Positions 1 to 9,522 are shown, numbered from the stretch's first letter. The stretch is DNA of 35,028 bases from a virus (IMGVR_UViG_3300025357_000031:1-35028), one strand, 5' to 3'. Program-made: numbers and translations. The notes: generated by a model from the letters alone, not told the origin.

Positions 1-1
1 T

Positions 2-2491
2 CAGGGCGGCTTTAATCAAGCTGAACAGCAGTTCAATGCTGATCAAGCGCGTCGTATGGCGGCGGGGCAAACTTTAGCTGGATTTGGTACTGCTGCACAA
101 AATGCCGCGATGCAGGGCGGTCAGGCGATGATGAGTGCTGGTGCGCAACAGCAAGCATATCAGCAAGCTGTGGATAGCGCGAATCAGCAGCAGTTCCAAG
201 CAGCACAAGCATATCCATTCGAAACAACGCAGTTCCTTGGCAACTTGTTGCTTGGCATTGGTGGTCAATCCGGCGGCACGTCACTTACGTCTCAGCCCGG
301 CCCCAATGTTGGTTCACAGCTTCTTGGTGGCTTAATGACCCTTGGTTCTATTCCTTGGGGTTCCGACGAACGCCTGAAGGAAAATATGGAACCGGTCGGT
401 AAGACCTTTGATGGCCAGAACATTTACAAGTTTAACTATAAGAACGATGGCCGCACTATGCTTGGCCTTAGTGCGCAGGAAGTTGAGAAGCATACACCAG
501 AAGCCGTGCATAAAGACGGTCAGGGCATGCGTTCGGTTGATTACGAAACTGCGGTAAACAAGGCTGCGAAGCGGGGTCATTTTGCCGATGGCGGCGTTCC
601 CGATTGGATGGGCGGCGCAGTGCATGAAGGCTTAGGCCGTGCGCATTTTGCGACTGCTGGTTCGGTGTCTGATATTCCGTATACAAGCCAACCTTTAGGC
701 GGCACGGGAACTACTCCTTTGTCGTTGAAAGATTTGATGCCATTGGTGTCCTTAATCTCTGAAGGCAAGTTGGGCGGTAAAACTAATATTCCAAATGCAC
801 CTGCTCCTTTGGAAGAAGGCACAATGATGGATGTAGCCAAGCAGTTGCAGGGCATGTCCAGTGATCAACGCGCTAATATGAAAGCTAACATTGGTTCAGT
901 TCAAAGCATTCTAAACCCAGCACCGACTACACCGGGTACGGCAATTGGTGAAAGCCAAGGCACATATTCTTTGGGCCTAAATTATGCTGCGGGCGGTGTC
1001 GCGGGACGTGGTGCTTACAAGGACGGGCAAACGGTACAGCCATCTTCGGATGACACGCCGGACCAGACCGCACCAAGCTCAGTGCCATCAAGCGGTTCTT
1101 CTTTTTCTTTGGGCAACATTCTGCCATCTAAAGGACAATCTGTTATTGAGAAGGCTACCGGCTTAGACCTCTCCGATAATGCTCGCATGGGCATGTTAGC
1201 GGCGGGCTTAGGCATGCTCAGCAGCCGTTCCCCATTTTTCGGTGTAGGCGTAGGCGAAGGTGCCACAGCGGGCCTTGGCGCTTATTACAATGCGAGGGCT
1301 AACGACCGTGCTTATGCGAACAAGCAGCGCGAATTGGAAATGACGCAAGAACAGCGCGACATTGAAAAGCAGCGCGTGGGCTTAGAAGCTCAAAAAACTC
1401 CCGCAGATATTGCCAAATCACAAGCCGACGCTATTGAAGCATTGCAACGCGCTAAAACGGCGGCAGGTGCTATGTACCAAAAAACTTGGATTCCGGGCGT
1501 TGGCTATATTGTTTCCGATGCGAATAATCCAATGCATCCTCCCGTTCAGATTACGGACGAGAAAATGCAGCCATTAGGGAATATTGATCCGACCTCAATT
1601 CCTAGTAAAGTTGGGCTTCCAGCAAAAACACAAGAACCGGCCAGCACGGTCGGCGCAACAAAAGCGCCCGTAACTACTCCTGCCGTTGCAACCCAACCAA
1701 ATGTGAATGCTCCTTCCGTTGCCACGCCGGAGCAAAAAACTGAGTGGAAGCCTGTGACTACTGTCCCCGATAATTATAGTTATCCGGGTTCAACTAACCT
1801 TGCATTAGTTCCGGGTGCGATGGAAAAGGCACAAGCTTCTGCGGAAAAGATTAAGGCCGATCAAGATGCCAAATCACAAGGTGCATTTGATACGCTTTAT
1901 ACCTTGGATAACATGGATCGCGGTTTCAACGATGTCAGCAAAACCGGTCTTTTAGCTCCCGGCCAGCATATTGACGAAAGAACTAATTTTGCCGTTGGCG
2001 TTAACACTATGGCATCGATTATTGGTGGCAAGCCAATATTTGATCCAACAGACGTTGCCGCGTTAGAAGAACTTGCCAAAGACAATAAACGTCTTGGTTT
2101 TGCTTTGTCTAAGTCTATGGGCCGTGAACCCGGCTTTATCGTTCAGCAAGCTATTACGGCCAATCCGGGTGCGGCAAATACGCCACTTGGTTTCCACCGT
2201 ATTACGGAAGCACTTCGTCAGGCGGCTCAGTACGAACAAGATCGCAATGCCTTTTATGATAGCTACAAAGCCAAATTTGGCCATTTAGAGGGTGCAAACG
2301 ATCTGTTCACTAAATTGAACCCACCAGAACAATATGCCAACAGGGCTATTGTGAACTCTATTGATCCAACTCATTTGAGCGAAATCCGTCAATGGGCAAG
2401 CGACAATAAGGGTAAAGATTTGTCTGCTGGTCAGGCTCAGTTTGACAAGATTTATGGTAAGAATGCCTTCAAACTTGCAACGGGGCAGTAA
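2..2491 (+). CDS. Large virion (internal/ejection-type) protein with internal peptidase S74-like chaperone domain; 5' end lies outside the window
   Basis: Frame is open from base 2. Q/A/G-rich N-terminus, then SDERLKEN...IYKFNYK...GLSAQEVEK..PEAV...VDY (S74 signature) at about 361-545. Confidence 0.7.
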   Translation, partial: QGGFNQAEQQFNADQARRMAAGQTLAGFGTAAQNAAMQGGQAMMSAGAQQQAYQQAVDSANQQQFQAAQAYPFETTQFLGNLLLGIGGQSGGTSLTSQPGPNVGSQLLGGLMTLGSIPWGSDERLKENMEPVGKTFDGQNIYKFNYKNDGRTMLGLSAQEVEKHTPEAVHKDGQGMRSVDYETAVNKAAKRGHFADGGVPDWMGGAVHEGLGRAHFATAGSVSDIPYTSQPLGGTGTTPLSLKDLMPLVSLISEGKLGGKTNIPNAPAPLEEGTMMDVAKQLQGMSSDQRANMKANIGSVQSILNPAPTTPGTAIGESQGTYSLGLNYAAGGVAGRGAYKDGQTVQPSSDDTPDQTAPSSVPSSGSSFSLGNILPSKGQSVIEKATGLDLSDNARMGMLAAGLGMLSSRSPFFGVGVGEGATAGLGAYYNARANDRAYANKQRELEMTQEQRDIEKQRVGLEAQKTPADIAKSQADAIEALQRAKTAAGAMYQKTWIPGVGYIVSDANNPMHPPVQITDEKMQPLGNIDPTSIPSKVGLPAKTQEPASTVGATKAPVTTPAVATQPNVNAPSVATPEQKTEWKPVTTVPDNYSYPGSTNLALVPGAMEKAQASAEKIKADQDAKSQGAFDTLYTLDNMDRGFNDVSKTGLLAPGQHIDERTNFAVGVNTMASIIGGKPIFDPTDVAALEELAKDNKRLGFALSKSMGREPGFIVQQAITANPGAANTPLGFHRITEALRQAAQYEQDRNAFYDSYKAKFGHLEGANDLFTKLNPPEQYANRAIVNSIDPTHLSEIRQWASDNKGKDLSAGQAQFDKIYGKNAFKLATGQ

Positions 2492-4816
2492 ATGGCTGGC
2501 GACAATAATTCGGCAACTCCTTTAAATCTATCGGATTTAAGTAGCCAATCACAAAAGCCTTCTGACCAGCAGCCTAGTGCCGCTGCGCCATTAAGCTTGT
2601 CTTCTGTTTCAGGCATTTATCAAGCTCCTGAACCTCCTACGGAAGTACAAAAGTTTGAACAAAAAGTTCAGTCTAAAGTGCCGGAAGCGGAAAAAGAAGT
2701 TTCTGAGCATCCTTGGACTTCATATGTTCCAAGCGCATATGGCTTACCATTAGTTGGAGAGCCATATCGTCGTGCAGTTACCGCAGGTGAAGCTGCCCTT
2801 GGGCAGGGAAAAGGCGCAACTTTTGAGGAGCGTCAGGCCGACTTACTCGCTCAAAGCCGCGCCCGTGACATTGCCAAGCATGCAGCGGCACCCGTAGCAT
2901 CCAGCCTAATCCAAGGAACCGCAGAAGCAATTCCGTCTATCTATGCGGCACCGGAGTTGGGTATTGAAGCGGCTGCGTCCAAAACCTTGCCCTATATTGA
3001 GAAGGGTGCGGGCTACGCTGGCCGCATGCTTGAGCAAGCTATTTACGGTGGATCTTCAGCCGCTCAACAAACAACGCCCGGTGAAACTGCTGAAGATGCA
3101 GCTAAAAGGATTGGCGTAGGTGCGGCAGCGGGTGCCGCCGGTGTTCCAGTGGCGACTGTAGTTGGCAAAGCTGTTCAGGCTCCAAAGGCTGTTTATAATT
3201 GGGCGTCCAAGTTATGGAATCCTGAACAGGCCGTTGCTAAAGACATCGCGTCTGCCGCTGCTAATGTGCCGACAACCAGCAAGGGGCAGGGTCTTACGGT
3301 TGAGGAATATGCCGCTGCCAAGGAGCGTGGTGAGCCTGTAACTATTGCCGATATCCAAGGTGCAAAACCCTTAATCGCACAAGCAGGACAAAGTCTTCCG
3401 ACCGATCAGCGTATCCAACAGATCAACGACTCCCTTCAACAGCGGTTGGCAGACGAATCATCTCGCGTTGGTGCGCAGGTTGATACTGCTTTTGGTAAAC
3501 CAATCGATGCGTTCAAGGCCAGAAAAGAAGCTGACGATTTAGCCCGTAGTGTCAATAAGCCAGCTTATGACGCCGCCTACGCTGCGCCAGAAGCCAAAGC
3601 CATTTGGAACGACCAGCTAAAGGCTATGGTCAACACCAATGAAGGCAAACAAGCATTAGATTACGCTTTAAATGAATCGAAGAAAGAAGCGGCAAAGGAA
3701 GGTTTTGCCCCTATTCAAAACCCGTTTATCAAGGACCAGAACGGTAACTTGGATTTACGGGAGGGCGTCACGCCAGACCTTTCGTTCTGGGATCACTTTA
3801 AGCGCGGTTTGGGAGACGTAAGTTCCGAGCAGTTCAATAAGGGTGCAAGAACCGCTTCTCGTTCAACGCAAGAGGATGCAAGAACCTTAACGGACTTTCT
3901 TCGCAACCAAGTGCCAGAGTATGGCACGGCTTTGGATGGTGCTGGTAAATTTATTCGAGGCAATAATGCGCATGACGAGGGAATGTCTTTCCTTGACCTC
4001 GTTTCGAATAAGAATGCCGATCCTAAGGAAGTTGGAAGCACTCTTTATCATTTTAACAATACCTACAATCCTGATGAAAAAAAGCTATTTGGCGAGGGTG
4101 TAGCGGCGGATATTAAGGAAAATCCGGTAAAGGCGGCAAAAATCTTTGCTAACAATGATTCTGTGACAATGGATCGTTTGAAGAGCGTTATCGGTGAAGA
4201 TGCGTTCAATCAGATCGATTCGTCCATGCGGCTTAACCGTATTATGGCGTTGTCAAAGGAAATTGGTAAGCCACCGTCAGCGCCGTTAGTGTCGCCTAAA
4301 AACATAGCAATCGGGGCTGGGAGTTTGGGGCTATCAACAGCGGCTGGTGCATATCTGCCGAAGCTTGTTGAAGCACTACCCAACATCGTCAAGTATGGTG
4401 CCGATCCTATGGCATTAGCTGCTACTGGAGCAGCTTTGTCGGCTGGCGCTTTGGGTGCAGGAATTACTAGTGCGGGGAATAAAGCTAAAACCAGCGCTAT
4501 TCTTGGCATGGCCTTATCAAATGACCCTAAGTATACCGACATCCTTTTAAGGGCCGCTAAAAACGATGCCGAAGTACGTGATACTTTGGATCAGTTTGAA
4601 AAAGGGCTGAGCCGGTATTTGGCGGTTAATCACGGCAACCCTGAACGAGAGGGCCGCAAGTCTGGCGGATCGGTAATCGACAAGAAGTCTGATCAACTCA
4701 TCAATGAGACGATGCGCAATCAGAAGCTCCTTGCCAATCACACTGAGCAAATGTTGTCCATGCCGGACGATGCCATTGTGCAAGCCCTTAAGGTGGCCAA
4801 GAGCGTAGCGGCTTAA
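2492..4816 (+). CDS. Large virion protein, putative DNA ejection/internal core protein
   Basis: 774 aa, Ala/Gly-rich with hydrophobic glycine-zipper-like stretches; abuts the previous gene and ends the structural operon. Confidence 0.55.
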   Translation: MAGDNNSATPLNLSDLSSQSQKPSDQQPSAAAPLSLSSVSGIYQAPEPPTEVQKFEQKVQSKVPEAEKEVSEHPWTSYVPSAYGLPLVGEPYRRAVTAGEAALGQGKGATFEERQADLLAQSRARDIAKHAAAPVASSLIQGTAEAIPSIYAAPELGIEAAASKTLPYIEKGAGYAGRMLEQAIYGGSSAAQQTTPGETAEDAAKRIGVGAAAGAAGVPVATVVGKAVQAPKAVYNWASKLWNPEQAVAKDIASAAANVPTTSKGQGLTVEEYAAAKERGEPVTIADIQGAKPLIAQAGQSLPTDQRIQQINDSLQQRLADESSRVGAQVDTAFGKPIDAFKARKEADDLARSVNKPAYDAAYAAPEAKAIWNDQLKAMVNTNEGKQALDYALNESKKEAAKEGFAPIQNPFIKDQNGNLDLREGVTPDLSFWDHFKRGLGDVSSEQFNKGARTASRSTQEDARTLTDFLRNQVPEYGTALDGAGKFIRGNNAHDEGMSFLDLVSNKNADPKEVGSTLYHFNNTYNPDEKKLFGEGVAADIKENPVKAAKIFANNDSVTMDRLKSVIGEDAFNQIDSSMRLNRIMALSKEIGKPPSAPLVSPKNIAIGAGSLGLSTAAGAYLPKLVEALPNIVKYGADPMALAATGAALSAGALGAGITSAGNKAKTSAILGMALSNDPKYTDILLRAAKNDAEVRDTLDQFEKGLSRYLAVNHGNPEREGRKSGGSVIDKKSDQLINETMRNQKLLANHTEQMLSMPDDAIVQALKVAKSVAA

Positions 4817-5232
4817 TATCTGCTAGACGCTTTCAGCACACGCTTAGGGTACTTGTTTTTGATGGACATGCTGCCGTTATAACAGCCGAGCATTAGAACG
4901 GTATCGTTGTACTTGTTGAAGCAATACTGCAAGTACCGCATGCCATACTCGATGTTCGTTTCAGGTACCATTAAACCGGCTAGGGAACCCGTGTAGCCCA
5001 TTGATACGGCTGTTCCGTACCTAAGTTGCATTAGACCATAATTGCCGTCCTTAGAGGCTGTAGGCTTAAAGCCACTCTCAACATCAACCAGCGCAAGGGC
5101 TATTCTAGGGTCAACGTCATGCGAAACCGCTGCCGCGCGAATCATATCGTGCAGGGGCGATTCTGAAGTATGTCCGGCAGTCTGGCATCCAACTGTTAGA
5201 CATGCGACAGTTATTAAAGTCGATAGCTTCAT
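4813..5232 (-). CDS. Lytic transglycosylase (SLT domain), predicted lipoprotein
   Basis: ALVDVESGF (catalytic Glu), YGLMQL, NIEYGMRYL and YNG motifs; ATG at 5232 gives the signal peptide MKLSTLITVACLTVGC with a lipobox-like Cys. Confidence 0.85.
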   Translation of the reverse strand: MKLSTLITVACLTVGCQTAGHTSESPLHDMIRAAAVSHDVDPRIALALVDVESGFKPTASKDGNYGLMQLRYGTAVSMGYTGSLAGLMVPETNIEYGMRYLQYCFNKYNDTVLMLGCYNGSMSIKNKYPKRVLKASSRY

Positions 5233-5237
5233 CACGC

Positions 5238-5606
5238 TCAGCGCGGGACAACACTGCCATCTAGCTTTCGTTTCCACTTGGAAGTCTTACCATATGGAAG
5301 CGGCGAACGCGACTGTTTTAACCCTAAGTGAACTTGCTTGGTTCGTTTGGCTTTAGCTGTCATCTGGTGATCCTTTTTTGTTTTCTCTTTAGCGCATGGT
5401 TTGCACGTCAAACGGATGTTATCGTCCGTATCAGTTCCGCCTAACTCAAGTGCGCGGACATGCTCGTATATGAACTGACCTGTCATTAGTTTGACATGGC
5501 ACAGCATGCATTTGCCGCCTTCGCGTTCCCATATCGCTAACTTTCGTTTGCCGGATAGGGAACCTCTAGCGGTCGTACCCATATCTTCAATCATGATTTT
5601 TTCCAC
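5238..5606 (-). CDS. HNH endonuclease-family protein
   Basis: CMLC...YEHVRALELGGTD...NIRLTCKPC HNH/zinc motifs; basic C-terminal tail. Confidence 0.85.
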   Translation of the reverse strand: MEKIMIEDMGTTARGSLSGKRKLAIWEREGGKCMLCHVKLMTGQFIYEHVRALELGGTDTDDNIRLTCKPCAKEKTKKDHQMTAKAKRTKQVHLGLKQSRSPLPYGKTSKWKRKLDGSVVPR

Positions 5607-6064
5607 GGCTTCAATTGATCTTGGGTTAAAGCGTATCCCTTGCCGTGTCCCAAGTCACAAATATTGTCATCATGATGCAGGTCTTTGGCATATGCCCAGC
5701 CCGGAAAAATCACATTGTAGCCGTCAATGATAGCCAGCACGTATACATCTACTTCGTCATTTTTCTTCAGAGTAGAAAGAAGTCTGCCGCCTTGGTTGCG
5801 GGTAGATTTAATGTCAATACGTTGACCTTTGTACGTACAATCAACACTTCCGCTTCTTGGATAAACTGAGGGGTCAAAGAAAATGTTAAAATATTTGCAG
5901 AAGGCATATTCGGCTATAACGCCATCCTCATCAATAACAGCGCCAGATAGATTGCCCATCTTGGCGTCTTTGACATTGTTACCACGCGCCACAAGGGTTC
6001 GCATATTTCCTAGAAGGCGGCATATATTTCGGTCGTCATCTGTTAGCGTTACAGAGATTGTCAT
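5591..6064 (-). CDS. Phage protein, PD-(D/E)xK nuclease-like
   Basis: GVIAE...SVDC...IDIKST motif; ATG at 6064 overlaps the upstream stop (ATGA). Confidence 0.55.
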   Translation of the reverse strand: MTISVTLTDDDRNICRLLGNMRTLVARGNNVKDAKMGNLSGAVIDEDGVIAEYAFCKYFNIFFDPSVYPRSGSVDCTYKGQRIDIKSTRNQGGRLLSTLKKNDEVDVYVLAIIDGYNVIFPGWAYAKDLHHDDNICDLGHGKGYALTQDQLKPWKKS

Positions 6065-6399
6065 TTGAATGTGTTTCCTGCTCGTTGGTTTGCTTGTTCT
6101 GATCTCCAAGCTTCAATGATGGCGTCTGCCCGATTGCGTTCTGAACGAAAATACTCGTCGTTGCGAATGGCATCAGCCTCATCGTTGATAGCCTGTTCAT
6201 ACAGTTCATGTTGTTCTGCCCACGCTTCTTTCATCGCAGACGTTTTCTCGTTGGAAGTGAGGATCAGGTTAGCCCTGATCCTCTTACGTGCATGCTCAGC
6301 CTTAAACCGATCCGCTCTGGCTTGCGCCCCTAATCCACTATGCGTAGACAAAAAGTGAAGCGCATCTTCCATCATGGTATCGGTTATAAACTGGGTCAT
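6061..6399 (-). CDS. Helical phage protein in recombination module (possibly UvsY-like mediator)
   Basis: 112 aa helical ORF coupled to both neighbours; C-terminal IIEAWRSEQANQR; function is inferred. Confidence 0.5.
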   Translation of the reverse strand: MTQFITDTMMEDALHFLSTHSGLGAQARADRFKAEHARKRIRANLILTSNEKTSAMKEAWAEQHELYEQAINDEADAIRNDEYFRSERNRADAIIEAWRSEQANQRAGNTFK

Positions 6400-6635
6400 T
6401 CGTATTGCTCACCAAAGTTTGGATCGAAAGGAACTAAAGACACCCAGCACTCACCGTCTTGGTTGGGGAGAGGGGATGCCTCAAAGTTGATGTTAATTGT
6501 ACCTTCTTTTCGTCCATTAAAGGCACGGCCTAGTTTGGTTTTCCGCACATGGCCATGCTTATCTGTGCGATAAGAAAGCACAATATATTCGGTTGTTGTA
6601 TCAAAAGGGGACAAAATCGAAGTCTTCTTCATCAT
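6396..6635 (-). CDS. Small phage protein, possibly ssDNA-binding-like
   Basis: KTKLGRAF...GTININFEASPL beta-rich pattern; coupled to neighbours. Confidence 0.45.
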   Translation of the reverse strand: MMKKTSILSPFDTTTEYIVLSYRTDKHGHVRKTKLGRAFNGRKEGTININFEASPLPNQDGECWVSLVPFDPNFGEQYE

Positions 6636-6903
6636 CAGACGCCTCGCTCTTCACTGGTGCTTTCGTCATTGGCTTGCTCTGTGAGGAAGTCGCTTTCGGG
6701 GCTGGCGCACTTTGGCCCGTTTCTTCATTAGGCGTAAAAGCAAGAGACATGAACGGCCCCTTAGCTCCCTGTTTAATCCACATGCTAAACCGGCCTTCGA
6801 CGCCGCCAATCATGCCTTTGCCCGTGTAGTCTGGTTGGGCATCGGTTTTCTTGTAGCTGTTCTTAAAGATGGTTCCGCTGTTATCGCGTTCTTCGTAAGC
6901 CAT
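6601..6903 (-). CDS. Single-stranded DNA-binding-like protein
   Basis: NSGTIFKN...PDYTGK...W...FMSLAF core with an acidic tail ending DFDFVPF; directly after ERF; GGAG RBS. Confidence 0.7.
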   Translation of the reverse strand: MAYEERDNSGTIFKNSYKKTDAQPDYTGKGMIGGVEGRFSMWIKQGAKGPFMSLAFTPNEETGQSAPAPKATSSQSKPMTKAPVKSEASDDEEDFDFVPF

Positions 6904-6904
6904 T

Positions 6905-7588
6905 TCATTTCTCCTGTTTGGCTGCGTTAAGTTCTTTTACGCGGTCTGCACACAATTGGCGCAGAGCTTCGTAATCTTCTCCGTCCTTCTCCAATTCCAT
7001 CTTGGGGAAGTTTTCTTTTAGTTCCTGCTTCCAATAAGCCTGAACCTCTTTCACAGACTGGCAAAGTTCAATCGCCATCTGGAAAACCTTCATATAGGTG
7101 TATAGGTCTTTAGTATAATTCTCCCACGGCCCCGTCAATTGGGTCGTTGGTGCGGCCACTTCTGCCACTACTGGCGCAACATCCCGCTCAGGATCATCAC
7201 CCGTCTCAATTTGGAAGAGCTTAAATAGGAAGTACTTATTTGCCCCTGTAATAGCCTTGTAAAGCCCTTTATCGCCAACCGCACCATTCTTGGCGCGATC
7301 ATTGCCGCAACCAGAAATGCGGATTGTATGGGGCCAAATATCGCCATCTTTGTGTACGATCTCGTACTTCATATCCACTACTGTGTTGCCATGCTCATCA
7401 AGCGGACGAACCATGTCAACGGATGGGATAAGAATAAGACCTTCTTCAATCAGGGCTGGACGTAGCTTCTCAAGCAAATCAGCTTCGGAAACATACTTGT
7501 AGCCATGAAACTTGTTTTCGCTGCCCTTTTGAACGTAGCTGACCTTAGCCATTACGTTATGCAGAGCCGTGGCAATCTTGGCACTCAT
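6905..7588 (-). CDS. erf: ERF-family single-strand annealing protein
   Basis: KGSENKFHGYKYVS...DKGLYKAITGANKYFLFKLFQIETGDDPE is the ERF signature; start taken at ATG 7588. Confidence 0.85.
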   Translation of the reverse strand: MSAKIATALHNVMAKVSYVQKGSENKFHGYKYVSEADLLEKLRPALIEEGLILIPSVDMVRPLDEHGNTVVDMKYEIVHKDGDIWPHTIRISGCGNDRAKNGAVGDKGLYKAITGANKYFLFKLFQIETGDDPERDVAPVVAEVAAPTTQLTGPWENYTKDLYTYMKVFQMAIELCQSVKEVQAYWKQELKENFPKMELEKDGEDYEALRQLCADRVKELNAAKQEK

Positions 7589-7592
7589 AACT

Positions 7593-8096
7593 TTACGCTC
7601 CCCTGATGACGAGGGAAGTTCCGCCGTTTGATAGGGTAGCGCCACGCACATCCATTTTCTCCAGCATTTCTTTCAGCAGCACTTTGTTGGGTTCTTTTTT
7701 GATTCGCATAAAGTCGTCGGGTATTTCGTGTTCGTTCAGAATCACCACTTGTGGCGCACTGTTCATCAAAGATAGGGTTCCTGTTGGAAACTCCAGCTTG
7801 CGAATATCGGCAGCTTCCATCAGGCGCTTCATCAATTCACGTCCGAACTCAACACGCTTTTCAAATCGCTTGCGGCGGTCGTGTATGTCACGTTCAGCAC
7901 TTTGGCAAGCATTGGCTAAGTAAATGCTGTCTTGGGTGCGGCGTAATAGCCGATCCATCGTCTCGCGGAAATCTGTAGCCCCTTCGAGCATGTCTGCCCT
8001 AAGCTCTTCGTCTGACTTCAATTCGGGGTAACGCTCAAGCAGTAATTCAATCGTTCGCTTAAGCATGTTGATGTCATATTTGCTAGACATTTGCAT
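7593..8096 (-). CDS. Siphovirus Gp157-family protein
   Basis: N-terminal coiled coil, then VVILNEHEIPDDFMRIKKEPNKVLLKE...VRGATL; adjacent to ERF. Confidence 0.8.
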   Translation of the reverse strand: MQMSSKYDINMLKRTIELLLERYPELKSDEELRADMLEGATDFRETMDRLLRRTQDSIYLANACQSAERDIHDRRKRFEKRVEFGRELMKRLMEAADIRKLEFPTGTLSLMNSAPQVVILNEHEIPDDFMRIKKEPNKVLLKEMLEKMDVRGATLSNGGTSLVIRGA

Positions 8097-8189
8097 CCTT
8101 TGTGAGAAATCTGTTCAGGTTTTGTATCGGTCGTTGCGTCCGATAGGCGCATGATTTACGTATGATGCAAACTAAGTCAAGAGGGAATT

Positions 8190-8435
8190 ATGCTACAACT
8201 TGATCCGCCTATGCCAGTCATCACCCCAAAGGGTAAAGGATTGGCTCACGTTCTCATCGATTATGGGGCGGAGTTTGATTTACTATGGGTGGTTTTTCAA
8301 GACGATACGGGTGAATGTTGGACATACAATAATAGGGAAGTTCGCGCTCAAACCAACGTGTCTATGGGCCGCCAACTTGTAGTTCCCCCTTTAGTTTCAA
8401 ACAAGGAAAGACCGCGGATCGTGCCTAATGAGTAA
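8190..8435 (+). CDS. Conserved phage hypothetical protein
   Basis: MLQLDPPMPVITPKG...IDYG...W...TGECW; RBS GAGGG; first gene of the rightward unit. Confidence 0.7.
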   Translation: MLQLDPPMPVITPKGKGLAHVLIDYGAEFDLLWVVFQDDTGECWTYNNREVRAQTNVSMGRQLVVPPLVSNKERPRIVPNE

Positions 8436-8628
8436 CCATCCACTACGTCAATGGCGTAAGAAAAACAAAGTCACTTTGTATGATTTGGCCGTCAAAGTTA
8501 AATCAACTGCGTCGTCCATTTCTCGGATTGAACGCGGGCTTCAAACGCCTTCGCTATCTCTGATGGTTCGGATTTGTACCGCCACGAACAATGAGCTTTC
8601 ATTGTTAAACTTTTTGTTTGAAGCATGA
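8428..8628 (+). CDS. XRE/Cro-like HTH transcriptional regulator
   Basis: LRQWRKKNKVTLYDLA...SSISRIERG..TPS. Confidence 0.85.
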   Translation: MSNHPLRQWRKKNKVTLYDLAVKVKSTASSISRIERGLQTPSLSLMVRICTATNNELSLLNFLFEA

Positions 8629-9017
8629 TCATACGTTTAGAGCTACCTTTGGCACCAAGCACAAATAGGCTGTGGAAAATCGGCAAAGGTGGCCGCATGT
8701 ACAAGTCGCCGGAGTACGTGGCTTGGCTGGATGAAGCGGGCTGGATGGTCAAAGCGCAAACGAAGTACCAAATCAACGGGCCGTATGTAATTCACATATC
8801 AGCAGTTAAACCCGACAAAAGGCGTCGGGACTTAGACAACCTACTAAAGTCTACGAGTGACCTTCTCGTAAAAAGCAAAATAGTTGATGACGATTCAGAA
8901 TGCCATGCTCTTGCCGCCGAATGGTCGGAGCATAGCGCCCCAATGATCGTAACTGTTTACGCTGTCGGAGAAGGGGTCGAGGCATGGAACGAGAGCCGCA
9001 AACTGTTGATGAACTAA
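8625..9017 (+). CDS. rusA: RusA-family Holliday junction resolvase
   Basis: LPLAPSTN...PDKRRRDLDNLLK...D.L...IVDDDS. Confidence 0.9.
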   Translation: MIIRLELPLAPSTNRLWKIGKGGRMYKSPEYVAWLDEAGWMVKAQTKYQINGPYVIHISAVKPDKRRRDLDNLLKSTSDLLVKSKIVDDDSECHALAAEWSEHSAPMIVTVYAVGEGVEAWNESRKLLMN

Positions 9018-9406
9018 GAGCAAGGTACTTAGCCGTCAAAAAACGGCTTGGTGGCGTTGCCGGGCCAACCGGCGTTGTTCCGCATCAGCGCGTCAATTTG
9101 CCGCATCCATTGGTTCAAGATACCCGTCCGCCTTCATTGCTGGCGGTTAGATTGCCATGCCAAAAGTTCACAAGCATGTTGCGTGAAGTCGCAGAAATGC
9201 ATGGGCTAGACCCCGAAATTGTTAAAAGCCAAACACTTAAGCAGAACGTTGTGAAGGTGAGGCAGGAACTGTTCTATCGGGCTAAGAAGGAACTAAATTT
9301 GGGTTATTCTCAGATTGGCCATTTGATGCACACGACTCATTCGACGGTAATTTACGGGGTCAAGCGTCACGAAAAAAGACTTGCACAGGATGCAAAAACG
9401 CTCTAG
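8984..9406 (+). CDS. Phage protein with DnaA C-terminal-like HTH domain
   Basis: VKVRQELFYR...LGYSQIGHLMHTTHSTVIYGVKR resembles the DnaA domain IV signature. Confidence 0.7.
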   Translation: MEREPQTVDELRARYLAVKKRLGGVAGPTGVVPHQRVNLPHPLVQDTRPPSLLAVRLPCQKFTSMLREVAEMHGLDPEIVKSQTLKQNVVKVRQELFYRAKKELNLGYSQIGHLMHTTHSTVIYGVKRHEKRLAQDAKTL

Positions 9407-9409
9407 CTT
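9381..9409 (+). promoter_or_regulatory. Putative sigma70 promoter for the small RNA
   Basis: TTGCAC-17 bp-TAGCTT; predicted +1 near 9416, which is the first base of the first hairpin. Confidence 0.5.
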
Positions 9410-9415
9410 ACCCGT

Positions 9416-9496
9416 GTTCTGGCAATCCTCCCGTCAGAGCGTTTAGATAACGGTGACTGGCCCACTTCTGGCCTCCTGCTGGAAGTGGGTTTTTTT
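9416..9496 (+). ncRNA. Candidate small RNA with two hairpins bearing CUCC anti-Shine-Dalgarno loops (cuckoo/AbcR-like architecture)
   Basis: Stem GTTCTGGC/GTCAGAGC with loop AATCCTCCC; stem CCCACTTCTGG/CTGGAAGTGGG with loop CCTCCTG followed by T7. Confidence 0.55.
9461..9496 (+). terminator. Rho-independent terminator
   Basis: 11-bp stem followed by TTTTTTT. Confidence 0.8.
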
Positions 9497-9522
9497 GACA
9501 GTTGACACAAACGAACCGAATC

